64,000 bases of DNA from Candidatus Poribacteria bacterium (GCA_965215265.1 OZ244048.1:2336001-2400000); one strand, 5' to 3'; counted from the stretch's first letter, positions 19,416-28,600 are shown. Notes: generated by a model not told the origin, from the sequence alone. Numbers and translations are program-made.

Positions 19416-21344
19416 ATGAAAAAAACAGTGATTTTAACAATCCTGACGTTACTGGGCGTGACAACGCTACTATTAGCCACTTCATCAGACAATCATCCGT
19501 CGCAATTGCGGATTACAGAGCCAGAGCCAATAACGCTTACAGAACCAGAGCCAATAACGATCCAGCGAATTCTCATAAACGGGTTGCGGCTTGATGGCCC
19601 GGGAATAGTGAAGTACCCTACTAATCAGCTGCCTGACACTGAAGATTTCGCGTGTTACGACGACAACACGTTCATCTTACTGGAGCAATACAAGCAAACC
19701 TGCGGTATCACCTGCGCAGAGATGCTTTTGCACTACTACGGCAAGAATGTCAGCGCGGATCAGATCTGGGATAAGGGCGGCATTTATAGCGTGGATACCG
19801 GTGCGTGGCCTAACGAGTTAGTGGCTGCCTTGAGCAGACTCGGAGTGGATGTAATCTTGGAGAAGAGGCCGGATAATTGGTGGAAAGCGCTTCACGGTTT
19901 ATTCTACCAAGTAGAGCAGAACCGCCCGCCGATCGTCTTGCTCCGTTACGGAAACGTGTACCACTATTCGGTCGTCGTCGGGTTTGATACCACTGGTGTA
20001 ACTGATAAAGTAAAAGGAATCCGCAATGTTATACTCGCCGATCCGCACAACGTTTACCGAATCATGCAGCTGAATACGTTCCTAAAAGTCTGGTCTTTAA
20101 AGACTTCCGAGATAGAACTACCGGGAGGCGGCTTTAAGGGGATGGTGAACAAAGGTTTGGTAATCGCTGTGAACACGAAGGATTATAGGTACGTGAGCAT
20201 CAATCCGAGGATGCAACCGCAGGAACATTTCCCCCCGAATTGGTCACAACTGAAAGCCGATATGATTATCGGAGAAAAGAAGGCCAACTGGACCCTTGGT
20301 TTTTTCTCTAGTGGAAAGCGTCACTGGGAGCGGACGTACAGATTCAAGCATCCCTTTAAGTCTTACAGCGTCTCGGCAATAGATCCGTTGCTATGGGAGG
20401 TACCATCCTCGTGGGGTACAAGTGGCTATATGCAAGGGCATGAGGCCAAGTGGGGGGATGACGGTGCACACAAGCTGAGAATCTGGGGTCGCATTGAGCA
20501 CGGGAAGGTAACACGTGGGCATTTGTGGGTCATGGTCCGCACCTACCGGAACCGTAAGAAGGAAACCTTCCCCGCAGGCATGGCACTCATCCCCGCAGGC
20601 ACCTTCCAGATGGGCAGCGAGGATGCTGATGCCCGGGATAACGAGCAGCCTGTGCATACGGTGCATGTGGACGCGTTCTATATGGATACGCACGAAGTGA
20701 CGAACGCCGAGTATAAAACTTTTGTGCTGGCGAACCCCGAGTGGCAGAAGGGGCGGATTCCGGATGCCTTCCACAGCGGTAAGTACCTAAACCGTTGGGA
20801 AGGTAATAACTATCCTTCGGGTAAGGCAGACCATCCTGTGGCGAATGTGTCGTGGTATGCGGCGATGGCGTATGCCGCGTGGGCGGGTAAGCGTCTTCCA
20901 ACGGAGGCGGAGTGGGAGAAAGCGGCACGGGGTGGGAAGTCAGGGTTAAAGTATCCGTGGGGAGACAGGATAACGGAGAAAGATGCGAACTACGATAGGA
21001 ATGTAGACGATACAACGGCTGTGGGGAGTTATGCGGCGAACGGATATGGGCTATATGATATGGCCGGGAACGTTGAAGAGTGGTGTCTTGACGCTTATGA
21101 TTCGGATTTCTATTCTGCGTCTCCGTCTAGTAATCCGCTGAGTGGTGTGTCTGGCAATACGCTCGCGAATCTGGATGAGATTGTAGATAACTATACAGGT
21201 GTTAAGTCTCCTCGCGTGTTGCGCGGCGGTAGCTGGGGCCATAATAATTCACATTACCTGCGCGCTGCGGATCGCGACTGGACTCCACCGACGACCACGA
21301 GCCTCGTCGACGGGTTCCGGTGTGCGAGGGCTGTCACGCCTTAA
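19416..21344 (+). CDS. Secreted peptidase-C39-like domain fused to a C-terminal FGE-sulfatase (SUMF1/CLec) domain
   Basis: SD AGGAGG; signal peptide; QYKQTCG...HYSVVVG...DP papain-like residues; RLPTEAEWEKAARGG, GLYDMAGNV and GFRC FGE motifs. Confidence 0.85.
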   Translation: MKKTVILTILTLLGVTTLLLATSSDNHPSQLRITEPEPITLTEPEPITIQRILINGLRLDGPGIVKYPTNQLPDTEDFACYDDNTFILLEQYKQTCGITCAEMLLHYYGKNVSADQIWDKGGIYSVDTGAWPNELVAALSRLGVDVILEKRPDNWWKALHGLFYQVEQNRPPIVLLRYGNVYHYSVVVGFDTTGVTDKVKGIRNVILADPHNVYRIMQLNTFLKVWSLKTSEIELPGGGFKGMVNKGLVIAVNTKDYRYVSINPRMQPQEHFPPNWSQLKADMIIGEKKANWTLGFFSSGKRHWERTYRFKHPFKSYSVSAIDPLLWEVPSSWGTSGYMQGHEAKWGDDGAHKLRIWGRIEHGKVTRGHLWVMVRTYRNRKKETFPAGMALIPAGTFQMGSEDADARDNEQPVHTVHVDAFYMDTHEVTNAEYKTFVLANPEWQKGRIPDAFHSGKYLNRWEGNNYPSGKADHPVANVSWYAAMAYAAWAGKRLPTEAEWEKAARGGKSGLKYPWGDRITEKDANYDRNVDDTTAVGSYAANGYGLYDMAGNVEEWCLDAYDSDFYSASPSSNPLSGVSGNTLANLDEIVDNYTGVKSPRVLRGGSWGHNNSHYLRAADRDWTPPTTTSLVDGFRCARAVTP

Positions 21345-22690
21345 ATCTTTACCCCTTTACCCCTTCCGAGCTGCACGCAGCTCGGGTCGATGCGATTTTG
21401 TGTTGATTTTGAGATGTGTTATGTGTTCCCTGTTGCGACAAGCGTGGGGAGATTGTCCGAACAAGCGCCGGTCCAACAGGGAAAATCAGATCTATTTTAT
21501 ATAAACAGTATGGACAATGCCGTGGATGCTCTTGAAGAGATTCCGGCATCCGTTAGCCGCGAGCGTTTCGCGGCATGTGGAGGTATCTAATGTGTAATAA
21601 AAAAGTGTCAATGATGTTTGCAATATTGGTGTGTATGGTTTTGGGGTTAGGTGGTGTTGGCGAAGTGTCGGGACGACGGGCCCCCGAAGGTATGGTGCTC
21701 ATCCCCGCTGGCGACTTCCAGATGGGCAGCGACGATGCTGAAGCCGATGGTGACGAGCAGCCTGTGCGGACGGTGTATGTTGACGCGTTCTACATGGACA
21801 CGCACGAAGTGACGAACGCTGAATATAAAACTTTTGTGCTTGCGAATCCCGAGTGGCAAAAGACGCGGATTCCGGATGCCTTCCATGATGGTGGTTACCT
21901 ATGGGATTGGAGCGGTAATAACTATCCAGCGGGTAAGGGAGACCATCCTGTGAGGTATGTGTCGTGGTATGGTGCGATGGCATATTCCGCGTGGGCAGGT
22001 AAGCGTCTTCCAACGGAGGCGGAGTGGGAGAAAGCAGCACGCGGGGGGTTAGTTGGTAAGAAATACCCGTGGGGAGACACGCTAACGCCGAACGATGCGA
22101 ACTACGATACTGGCGGTACAACGGCTGTGGGGAGTTATGCGGCGAACGGGTATGGGCTATATGACATGGCCGGCAACGTCTGGGAGTGGTGTCTGGATGC
22201 GTATGATGCGGATTTCTATTTTCATTCGCCGTCTCGGAATCCGCTGAGTGACGTGAACACCATATCGAATCTGGATGAGATTGTAGATAACTATACAGGT
22301 GTTAAGTCGTCTCGCGTGTTGCGCGGCGGGAGTTGGTACGGTACTACTACGCGGACCCTGCGTGTCGCCTATCGCGCCGGGTCTCCCCCGACGTACTCGG
22401 GCAACATCGGGTTCCGGTGTGCGAGGGCTGTAACTCCTTAAATCTTTACCCCTTTACTCCTTCCGATCTGCGTGCAGCTCGGGTCGATGCGATTTGTGTT
22501 GATTTTGAGATGTGTTATGTGTTCCCTGTTGCGACAAGCGTGGGGAGATTGTCCGAACAAGCGCCGGTCCAACAGGGAAAATCTTATCTATTTTATATAA
22601 ACAGTATAGACAATGCCGGGGATGCTCTTGAAGAGATTCCGGCATCCGTTAGCCGCGAGCGTTTCGCGGCATGTGGAGGTATCTAATGTG
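21345..22690 (+). repeat. Near-identical ~245-bp intergenic unit duplicated between FGE genes (21345-21590 and 22442-22686); first ~45 bp also follow the third gene
   Basis: Direct comparison shows only a few substitutions or indels between copies. Confidence 0.9.
21590..22441 (+). CDS. Secreted FGE-sulfatase (SUMF1/CLec) domain protein
   Basis: SD GGAGG; signal peptide; same FGE motifs as the upstream gene; variable C-terminus. Confidence 0.9.
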   Translation: MCNKKVSMMFAILVCMVLGLGGVGEVSGRRAPEGMVLIPAGDFQMGSDDAEADGDEQPVRTVYVDAFYMDTHEVTNAEYKTFVLANPEWQKTRIPDAFHDGGYLWDWSGNNYPAGKGDHPVRYVSWYGAMAYSAWAGKRLPTEAEWEKAARGGLVGKKYPWGDTLTPNDANYDTGGTTAVGSYAANGYGLYDMAGNVWEWCLDAYDADFYFHSPSRNPLSDVNTISNLDEIVDNYTGVKSSRVLRGGSWYGTTTRTLRVAYRAGSPPTYSGNIGFRCARAVTP

Positions 22691-23678
22691 TGATAAAAAA
22701 GAGTCAAAGGTTTGGAGGGCAGTAATGTCCCCTAAAAGTGTTTCAACAGTTTTGAGGTATATCCTGTCCGCTAAAAAAGTATCAAAGGTTTGGAGGGCTG
22801 TAATGACTAATAGAAACGTGTCAGTGATGTTAGCCATATTGGTGTGTATGGTTTTGAGTTTAGGGGGTGTTGGCGAAGTGTCGGAACAATCGGCACCCGA
22901 AGGCATGGTGCTGATTCCTGCCGGTGAATTCCAGATGGGCAGCAACGATGCCGAGGCCGATGTTGACGAGCAGCCTGTGCATACGGTGCATGTGGACGCG
23001 TTCTACATGGATACGCACGAGGTGACGAACGCCGAGTATAAAACTTTTGTGCTTGCGAATCCCGAGTGGCAGGAGGGGCGGGTTCCGGATGCCCTCCATG
23101 ATGGTTCCTACCTAAGGCATTGGGAAGGTAATAACTATCCAGTGGGTAAAGGGGACCATCCTGTGAGGTATGTGTCGTGGTATGGTGCGATGGCTTATGC
23201 TGCGTGGGCAGGGAAGCGTCTTCCAACGGAGGCGGAGTGGGAGAAAGCAGCACGTGGTGGGTTAGTTGGTAAGAAATACCCGTGGGGTGACACGATAACG
23301 TGGGGTGACACGATAACGGCGAACTACAATGATAATGTAGGCGGTACAACGGCTGTGGGGAGTTATGCTGCGAACGGATATGGGCTATATGATATGGCCG
23401 GCAACGTTTACGAGTGGTGTCTGGACGAGTATAATGCGGCATTTTATTCTGCGTCTCCGTCTAGTAATCCGCTGAGTGGAGTGTCTGGTAGTACGCTCGC
23501 GAATCTGGATGAGATTGTAGATGACTACACAAATGTTATCTCATCTCGCGTGTTGCGCGGCAGTGGCTGGGGCGATAAGGTTGCACGGGACCTGCGCGCC
23601 GCTGATCGCGGCTGGAATAGGCCGACGTCCACGGACCTCTACACCGGGTTCCGGTGTGCGAGGGATGTCACGCCTTAA
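22686..23678 (+). CDS. Secreted FGE-sulfatase (SUMF1/CLec) domain protein (alternative starts 22725/22803)
   Basis: FGE motifs; several in-frame SD+start units before the signal peptide. Confidence 0.9.
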   Translation: MCDKKESKVWRAVMSPKSVSTVLRYILSAKKVSKVWRAVMTNRNVSVMLAILVCMVLSLGGVGEVSEQSAPEGMVLIPAGEFQMGSNDAEADVDEQPVHTVHVDAFYMDTHEVTNAEYKTFVLANPEWQEGRVPDALHDGSYLRHWEGNNYPVGKGDHPVRYVSWYGAMAYAAWAGKRLPTEAEWEKAARGGLVGKKYPWGDTITWGDTITANYNDNVGGTTAVGSYAANGYGLYDMAGNVYEWCLDEYNAAFYSASPSSNPLSGVSGSTLANLDEIVDDYTNVISSRVLRGSGWGDKVARDLRAADRGWNRPTSTDLYTGFRCARDVTP

Positions 23679-23859
23679 ATCTTTACCCTTTACCCCTTCC
23701 GAGCTGCGTGCAGCTCGGGGCGCTGCGATTTTTAACAGTTAGTAAAAAAGTAGACTGTAAATCCATCCTTATGCCTCCTTTTATTTTTCTTATTTATAGG
23801 ATAGCATAAGGATGGAGTCCCTCACACGCAAAATCAACTCATTTCTTAGGAGAGTTTAC

Positions 23860-24723
23860 ATGAGATACATCTATAACCCCTTCCTAAAAAGAATCCCGTA
23901 CTTCACAATTGCGATAGGCTTATTGGCATCCATCTTCTGCTTTTGCACAGGGTGCATGAACCTCAGCACCGTCGGGCGAGCTGGGAATTTACTCATTGAA
24001 GAATTAAGCGATGTAAACATCTTCACTGACGCAGAAGAGCGCCAATTGGGGCAGGCGTTCGTCGCACAGCATGAACAGAAAATTACGCTTTACACAGACC
24101 CTGTTGTCACGGACTATATTAACACGCTAGGACAGTCGCTCGTGCGTTACAGCAAACGCAGCAATATCCAGTATACGTTTAAAGTCGTAGACACGAAAGG
24201 TGTGAATGCCTATGCGGTGCCGGGCGGCTTCATTTACGTCCACCTCGATCTTATCCGGGCGGCGAAAACGGAATCGGAGTTAGCTGCAGTGATCGGTCAT
24301 GAAATCGGGCATATTGTCGGAAGGCATTCCATGAAACGCCTCACCCAAGTCTACGGTATTGAAATCTTAAAACAGGTAATTTTAGATGAGGACTCAGGCC
24401 ATGTCAAAAAACTAATCACGGAAATCTTCGCGGCAGGACTGCTCTTTCGATACAGTCGTGATCATGAACGGGAATCTGATGCTTACGGAGTCCAGAATGT
24501 TTACGATGCCTGCATAGCTCCCGAAGGGGCCGTGGCGTTCTTTGAAACCTTACGTGCGATGCGTGGAAGGGAACCCTCTGCACTAGAAAAGTTTCTATCG
24601 ACACACCCAGTGCCGCATGAACGCGTCAGGAATGTGCGTAACCAGATTGCCGGATTGCCGCCGAAATCCGGGTTGCGGACCGATTCCTCGCGTTTCCGTC
24701 AAATCAAAACGCGCATTCGATGA
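23860..24723 (+). CDS. M48 family zinc metalloprotease (probable lipoprotein)
   Basis: NAYAVPGG; HEIGH; YSRDHERESD; FLSTHP. Confidence 0.9.
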   Translation: MRYIYNPFLKRIPYFTIAIGLLASIFCFCTGCMNLSTVGRAGNLLIEELSDVNIFTDAEERQLGQAFVAQHEQKITLYTDPVVTDYINTLGQSLVRYSKRSNIQYTFKVVDTKGVNAYAVPGGFIYVHLDLIRAAKTESELAAVIGHEIGHIVGRHSMKRLTQVYGIEILKQVILDEDSGHVKKLITEIFAAGLLFRYSRDHERESDAYGVQNVYDACIAPEGAVAFFETLRAMRGREPSALEKFLSTHPVPHERVRNVRNQIAGLPPKSGLRTDSSRFRQIKTRIR

Positions 24724-24889
24724 CGCGTTAAATTAGCGCAACTTCTGAGCCTAAAAACGCGAAAATTGTTTGATTCCGATGCAAATTTATGATAGACTAA
24801 AAAATAAGCACTCACAGTTCACGTAGCTACAGCACAGTGCATGCCGATAATTTGGGGAAAACCAGACAAAAGGCTAAGGAGGTTTAACA

Positions 24890-25732
24890 GTGAAAACAGA
24901 CCTAAAGAAATTAGCACCTTATTCTCCCATTATTGCAATAATCGGAGTCATCATCGCTATCTCCGTGGGCTTCTTTGGATTGGATTATACGAAGGTTGGC
25001 TCGCTTGTTTCTAAGCGGCCAGCCGGTCCGCCTGAACGAGATACTTTTCCGCCTGAACGAGATACTTTTTCTTGGAACTTGGAGAGTAGAAGGGCCGTTG
25101 AAAGCGAGGGAGGCACAGTTCAGGCTCCCGGCACCGACAATTTTGTCAAAGGAGAAAGCGCATGTGGCACCGGTTTTGTCAGTAAAGAAAAAAGTGATGT
25201 CATCATAATTCCGTTGAAGAGCGAATGGAAGGACCCGCTCACCAATATAACTGCCGGCACCGTTGAATTGTGCGTAACCCCCTTACAGGATATCAACAAA
25301 AGAGAAGACAACCTTTCTTTTTTCAGAGCCCCACCGATTGACGGCACGTTGGTCTCTTTAAAGATTGTTAGTATTGAACGAAAAACGCCAGAACTGCGTC
25401 TGCGAGTTAAGAAAAACAGTGGTGAAAAGGGGAGCGTGAAGAGCACATCCATCCTTGATTGGAAATCCGGGGAACATCACCACATCATCGGAACATGGGG
25501 TGCAGCAGGACTGCATCTATACATAGATGGTGAGCACGTAGCAGGGAGGACTGACTTTAAAGGCGGGCCCGAAAATCTTCATGGAGAATTTGTGATTAAC
25601 AATACCTGGCACGAGGATGAACCTTTTAAATCCCCAACGCATTGCATCGTCAGCAACGTTCGCATTTCTAACTATCAGTGGGGCGCAGCAGAAGTGAAAG
25701 CACGTTTTGAGGAACTCCATCCGACCGAATAA
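24890..25732 (+). CDS. Membrane-anchored LamG-like domain protein
   Basis: SD AAGGAGG + GTG; N-terminal TM helix; HHIIGTW...LYIDG...VRIS LamG pattern. Confidence 0.7.
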   Translation: MKTDLKKLAPYSPIIAIIGVIIAISVGFFGLDYTKVGSLVSKRPAGPPERDTFPPERDTFSWNLESRRAVESEGGTVQAPGTDNFVKGESACGTGFVSKEKSDVIIIPLKSEWKDPLTNITAGTVELCVTPLQDINKREDNLSFFRAPPIDGTLVSLKIVSIERKTPELRLRVKKNSGEKGSVKSTSILDWKSGEHHHIIGTWGAAGLHLYIDGEHVAGRTDFKGGPENLHGEFVINNTWHEDEPFKSPTHCIVSNVRISNYQWGAAEVKARFEELHPTE

Positions 25733-25866
25733 GTGCCTTGCGAGTCGCTTCGCGCACGCCCTAGTTTCCATCACTTTTTGTTGGGCACGCGCCTTATAAC
25801 TGCCTATTCCCTTCTGATCTAATCAACCTTAGAATTCTGTCCATCCGCGATTCAGACAGTGACATA

Positions 25867-27267
25867 TCACGATGCCCTCTTCGCTGAAAACGGCAGCCAC
25901 ATGAAAACTGTGGTGCCTTTACCGACTGTGCTTTCAATTTCTACATTCCCGCCATGCTCTTCAAGCACCCGTTTAACATTGGCCAATCCGAGTCCCGTGC
26001 CCTTTGTTTTCCTCGTAAAGAAAGGTTTAAACAGGTGTGCGAAATCTTCCTTCGGAATCCCGTCACCAGTATCCGAAACCTTGATGCCGACCTTATCCGA
26101 GGCGTTGACGGTAGATACAGTTAGCGTCCCACCTTGAGGCATCGCCTCTATAGCATTCAAAACCACATTCATAAACGCCTGTTTGAGTTTCTCGGCATCA
26201 AACGGAATTTCTTGCAATTCCGTTGCAAATTCGGCGACTAACTGAATTTGATGATGAGCGAGGTTCGCTTCCATTAATGCCAAGACGGCTTGCAATGCAG
26301 GGGCGAGGGGCTGTTGTACCAGATTGAGAGTGGTAGGACTTGCGAAATCCATCAATCCCTTAACAATGCCGTCGATACGCTCAATCTCCTCAAGGATATA
26401 CCGTAAAGATTGTTGGCTGCGTTCTTCAGTTATATCGGTTTTGCGGAGGAGCATTTGTGCCAACATCCGCATTGAGGATAGCGGGTTTCGGATTTCGTGT
26501 GCGAAGGAAGCAGACATTTTCCCGGCCGTGGCGAGCCGCTCCGCTTGAACAAGTTTATCCCGCGATCGTTCAAGTTCTCGCGTCATCGCGTTAAATGCAA
26601 TCGCCAGATCGCCAATTTCATCGTGAGTTTGCACATCGCAAGTTTTGTCTAATTCCCCCGTCGCAACCCGTTTTGTGAATTCAACGAGCCGATTGAGCGG
26701 CACCGTTAAATTTCTGCCAATGAAATGGCTGATTAATCCGACTGCTGCCATCACCAGCACAGCGATACCGAACATATACAACGTGAGGATCCGTTTTGCC
26801 TCCGCGATTTTTTCCATAGGTCGCAATAAGCAGTAGAGCCGCCCCTGAGGCAGTAATAGATAAAAGACTTTGTAAGGTCTTTCTCCGAGCGTTACGTCTT
26901 GTGTGACAGGGCTGCCATCAGGATTCTGTAGCCGTTGTTTCACCGCAGCAAGCCGCATTTTTTCAGCTAAATAACCCCAATCGTTCTCTTCATCAGAGAG
27001 CCCGGGCACCGTGCTGGCGTTAAGTGTATAATCTGACCCGAAAATCATCACCTCCGCGCTATAAGCCTGCTTAATTTTTTCAGTCCCTTCCTGAATATAC
27101 CCTGTTTTGAGAATCACATCAAGCCACCCTTGGGTTTCACGCGTAAACTGCTCGCTGTACTTCCACGCGAAGAATTCAACCGTTATTAACGGGACGACAA
27201 CCGTGACAACCGCGAAGAGCAGCAGAAATGGAAGCACAATTTTGGTTTGAATGCCATATCGTCGCAT
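25867..27267 (-). CDS. HAMP-domain sensor histidine kinase
   Basis: Two TM helices; HAMP domain; AHEIRNPL H-box; N, G1, F and G2 boxes; promoter TTGACA-17-TACACT on minus strand at 27329-27357. Confidence 0.92.
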   Translation of the reverse strand: MRRYGIQTKIVLPFLLLFAVVTVVVPLITVEFFAWKYSEQFTRETQGWLDVILKTGYIQEGTEKIKQAYSAEVMIFGSDYTLNASTVPGLSDEENDWGYLAEKMRLAAVKQRLQNPDGSPVTQDVTLGERPYKVFYLLLPQGRLYCLLRPMEKIAEAKRILTLYMFGIAVLVMAAVGLISHFIGRNLTVPLNRLVEFTKRVATGELDKTCDVQTHDEIGDLAIAFNAMTRELERSRDKLVQAERLATAGKMSASFAHEIRNPLSSMRMLAQMLLRKTDITEERSQQSLRYILEEIERIDGIVKGLMDFASPTTLNLVQQPLAPALQAVLALMEANLAHHQIQLVAEFATELQEIPFDAEKLKQAFMNVVLNAIEAMPQGGTLTVSTVNASDKVGIKVSDTGDGIPKEDFAHLFKPFFTRKTKGTGLGLANVKRVLEEHGGNVEIESTVGKGTTVFMWLPFSAKRAS

Positions 27268-27496
27268 CAGAACGTCTCATCAGGTTTGTGGCCAGTATTC
27301 TCTTTCGAGAAATGTACCTTTTATGGTGAGTGTACCCGAATTTTGCGGCGATGTCAAGCGGTAAATGTTGAAGGAAAAGAACGGTTGCTGCGTCTCATAT
27401 AACATGACTGTTGCGAACTGTCCATAGTAGACGGAACTGCGGAGCAAAAAGGGAACTGTGTTATCAAGTGATGGACCCGATATACATGGAAAAATT

Positions 27497-27524
27497 GGAA
27501 CTTTTTAGACTGTAGGGTGTATAA
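27497..27524 (+). promoter_or_regulatory. Candidate ECF (RpoE-like) autoregulatory promoter
   Basis: GGAACT-16 nt-GTATAA upstream of the ECF sigma gene. Confidence 0.45.
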
Positions 27525-27584
27525 ACTTAACAGATTTCGCGAGTGAGATAAAAAAAATAATTTCGCCTACATGAGGTAAACAAG

Positions 27585-28268
27585 ATGGCAGATGCTAATG
27601 TAAAAAATGCTGACGATGTTGTCACAGGGTGCGTGCAATTACATTATATTGAAAAATCTTCGACAGTTCTCAATTTTGACAATGAGCAGGAACTGATTGA
27701 ACGGTTTCAAAATGGGGATACAGAGGCTTTTAATCCGCTGGTTCTTAAATATGAAAAAAAAGTGTATAACCTCATCTACCAACGTGTTCGCGACCGGGAG
27801 ACAGCCAAAGACCTGTGTCAAGAGACCTTTCTGAAGGCGTTTCAGGCGTTGGCTAACTTCAAACGTGAATCGGCTTTTTACAGCTGGCTTTACCGCATTG
27901 CTGTGAATTGTAGCATTGACTTCTTACGCAAAAGTAAGCGAAGCCCGGCCTTTAGATTTGAAGAATTAACACTTAGCGCTGACGACGAACTGAGGATGGC
28001 AGAATCGCAGCCGTCGGCATCGCAGGCTATTGAGAATAAAGAATTAGGCAGCATCATCCGGAAGGCTGTTCGTCATCTGTCGCCCGGACAACAACGTGTT
28101 TTTAATCTGCGGTACTACAAAGAACTTCAAATTAAAGAGATTGCTGCGCTTTTGAACCGTTCGGAAGGCACCGTAAAAACGCACTTGCATCATGCACATC
28201 GGCGTCTCCGGGATATGCTTCTCCCGTATTTGCAAAATGAACCGCTTACCTGGAACGGTGAAACTTAA
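27585..28268 (+). CDS. ECF sigma factor (sigma-24/RpoE family)
   Basis: DLCQETFLKAF; FYSWLYRIAVN; region 4 EIAALLNRSEGTVKTHLH. Confidence 0.92.
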   Translation: MADANVKNADDVVTGCVQLHYIEKSSTVLNFDNEQELIERFQNGDTEAFNPLVLKYEKKVYNLIYQRVRDRETAKDLCQETFLKAFQALANFKRESAFYSWLYRIAVNCSIDFLRKSKRSPAFRFEELTLSADDELRMAESQPSASQAIENKELGSIIRKAVRHLSPGQQRVFNLRYYKELQIKEIAALLNRSEGTVKTHLHHAHRRLRDMLLPYLQNEPLTWNGET

Positions 28269-28329
28269 AGCATGTACGGAATTGCTGCAAGTTTATCCGG
28301 ATATCGGCTATCAATTAAAGGTTAACACG

Positions 28330-28434
28330 GCATTTTAATTTGACAAACCCAATCAAATGTGTCTTCTTTGCTTGACGCTTTGATGATACGGGCTAGCATT
28401 TTAATTTGACAAACCCAATCAAATGTGGTATACT
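28330..28434 (+). promoter_or_regulatory. 32-bp direct repeat; second copy forms the tRNA operon promoter
   Basis: GCATTTTAATTTGACAAACCCAATCAAATGTG at 28330-28361 and 28396-28427; TTGACA-17-TATACT at 28406-28434. Confidence 0.75.
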
Positions 28435-28467
28435 ATATACAACTTACCAATCAGGAAAATACAAACA

Positions 28468-28552
28468 GGTGGGATGGCTGAGTGGACGAAGGCGGCGGTC
28501 TTGAAAACCGTTGTGGCGCAAGCCACCGTGGGTTCGAATCCTACTCCCACCG
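28468..28552 (+). tRNA. tRNA-Ser(TGA)
   Basis: Anticodon loop CTTGAAA; long variable arm; G discriminator. Confidence 0.93.
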
Positions 28553-28600
28553 TTCCGTTGTGAAAGCAGTGCTTCCCATATTATTCTGTTTTTGCAAGTT

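Noticed and set aside
18060-25800. DGR reverse transcriptase, accessory gene or template repeat near the FGE array
   Set aside because: No RT motifs in any ORF and no A-rich non-coding copy of the variable region were found by eye, so a complete DGR is not called.
28330-28427. Repeat(32)-spacer(34)-repeat(32) resembling a mini CRISPR array
   Set aside because: Only two copies, no cas genes in the window, and the repeat contains the -35 box of the tRNA promoter.
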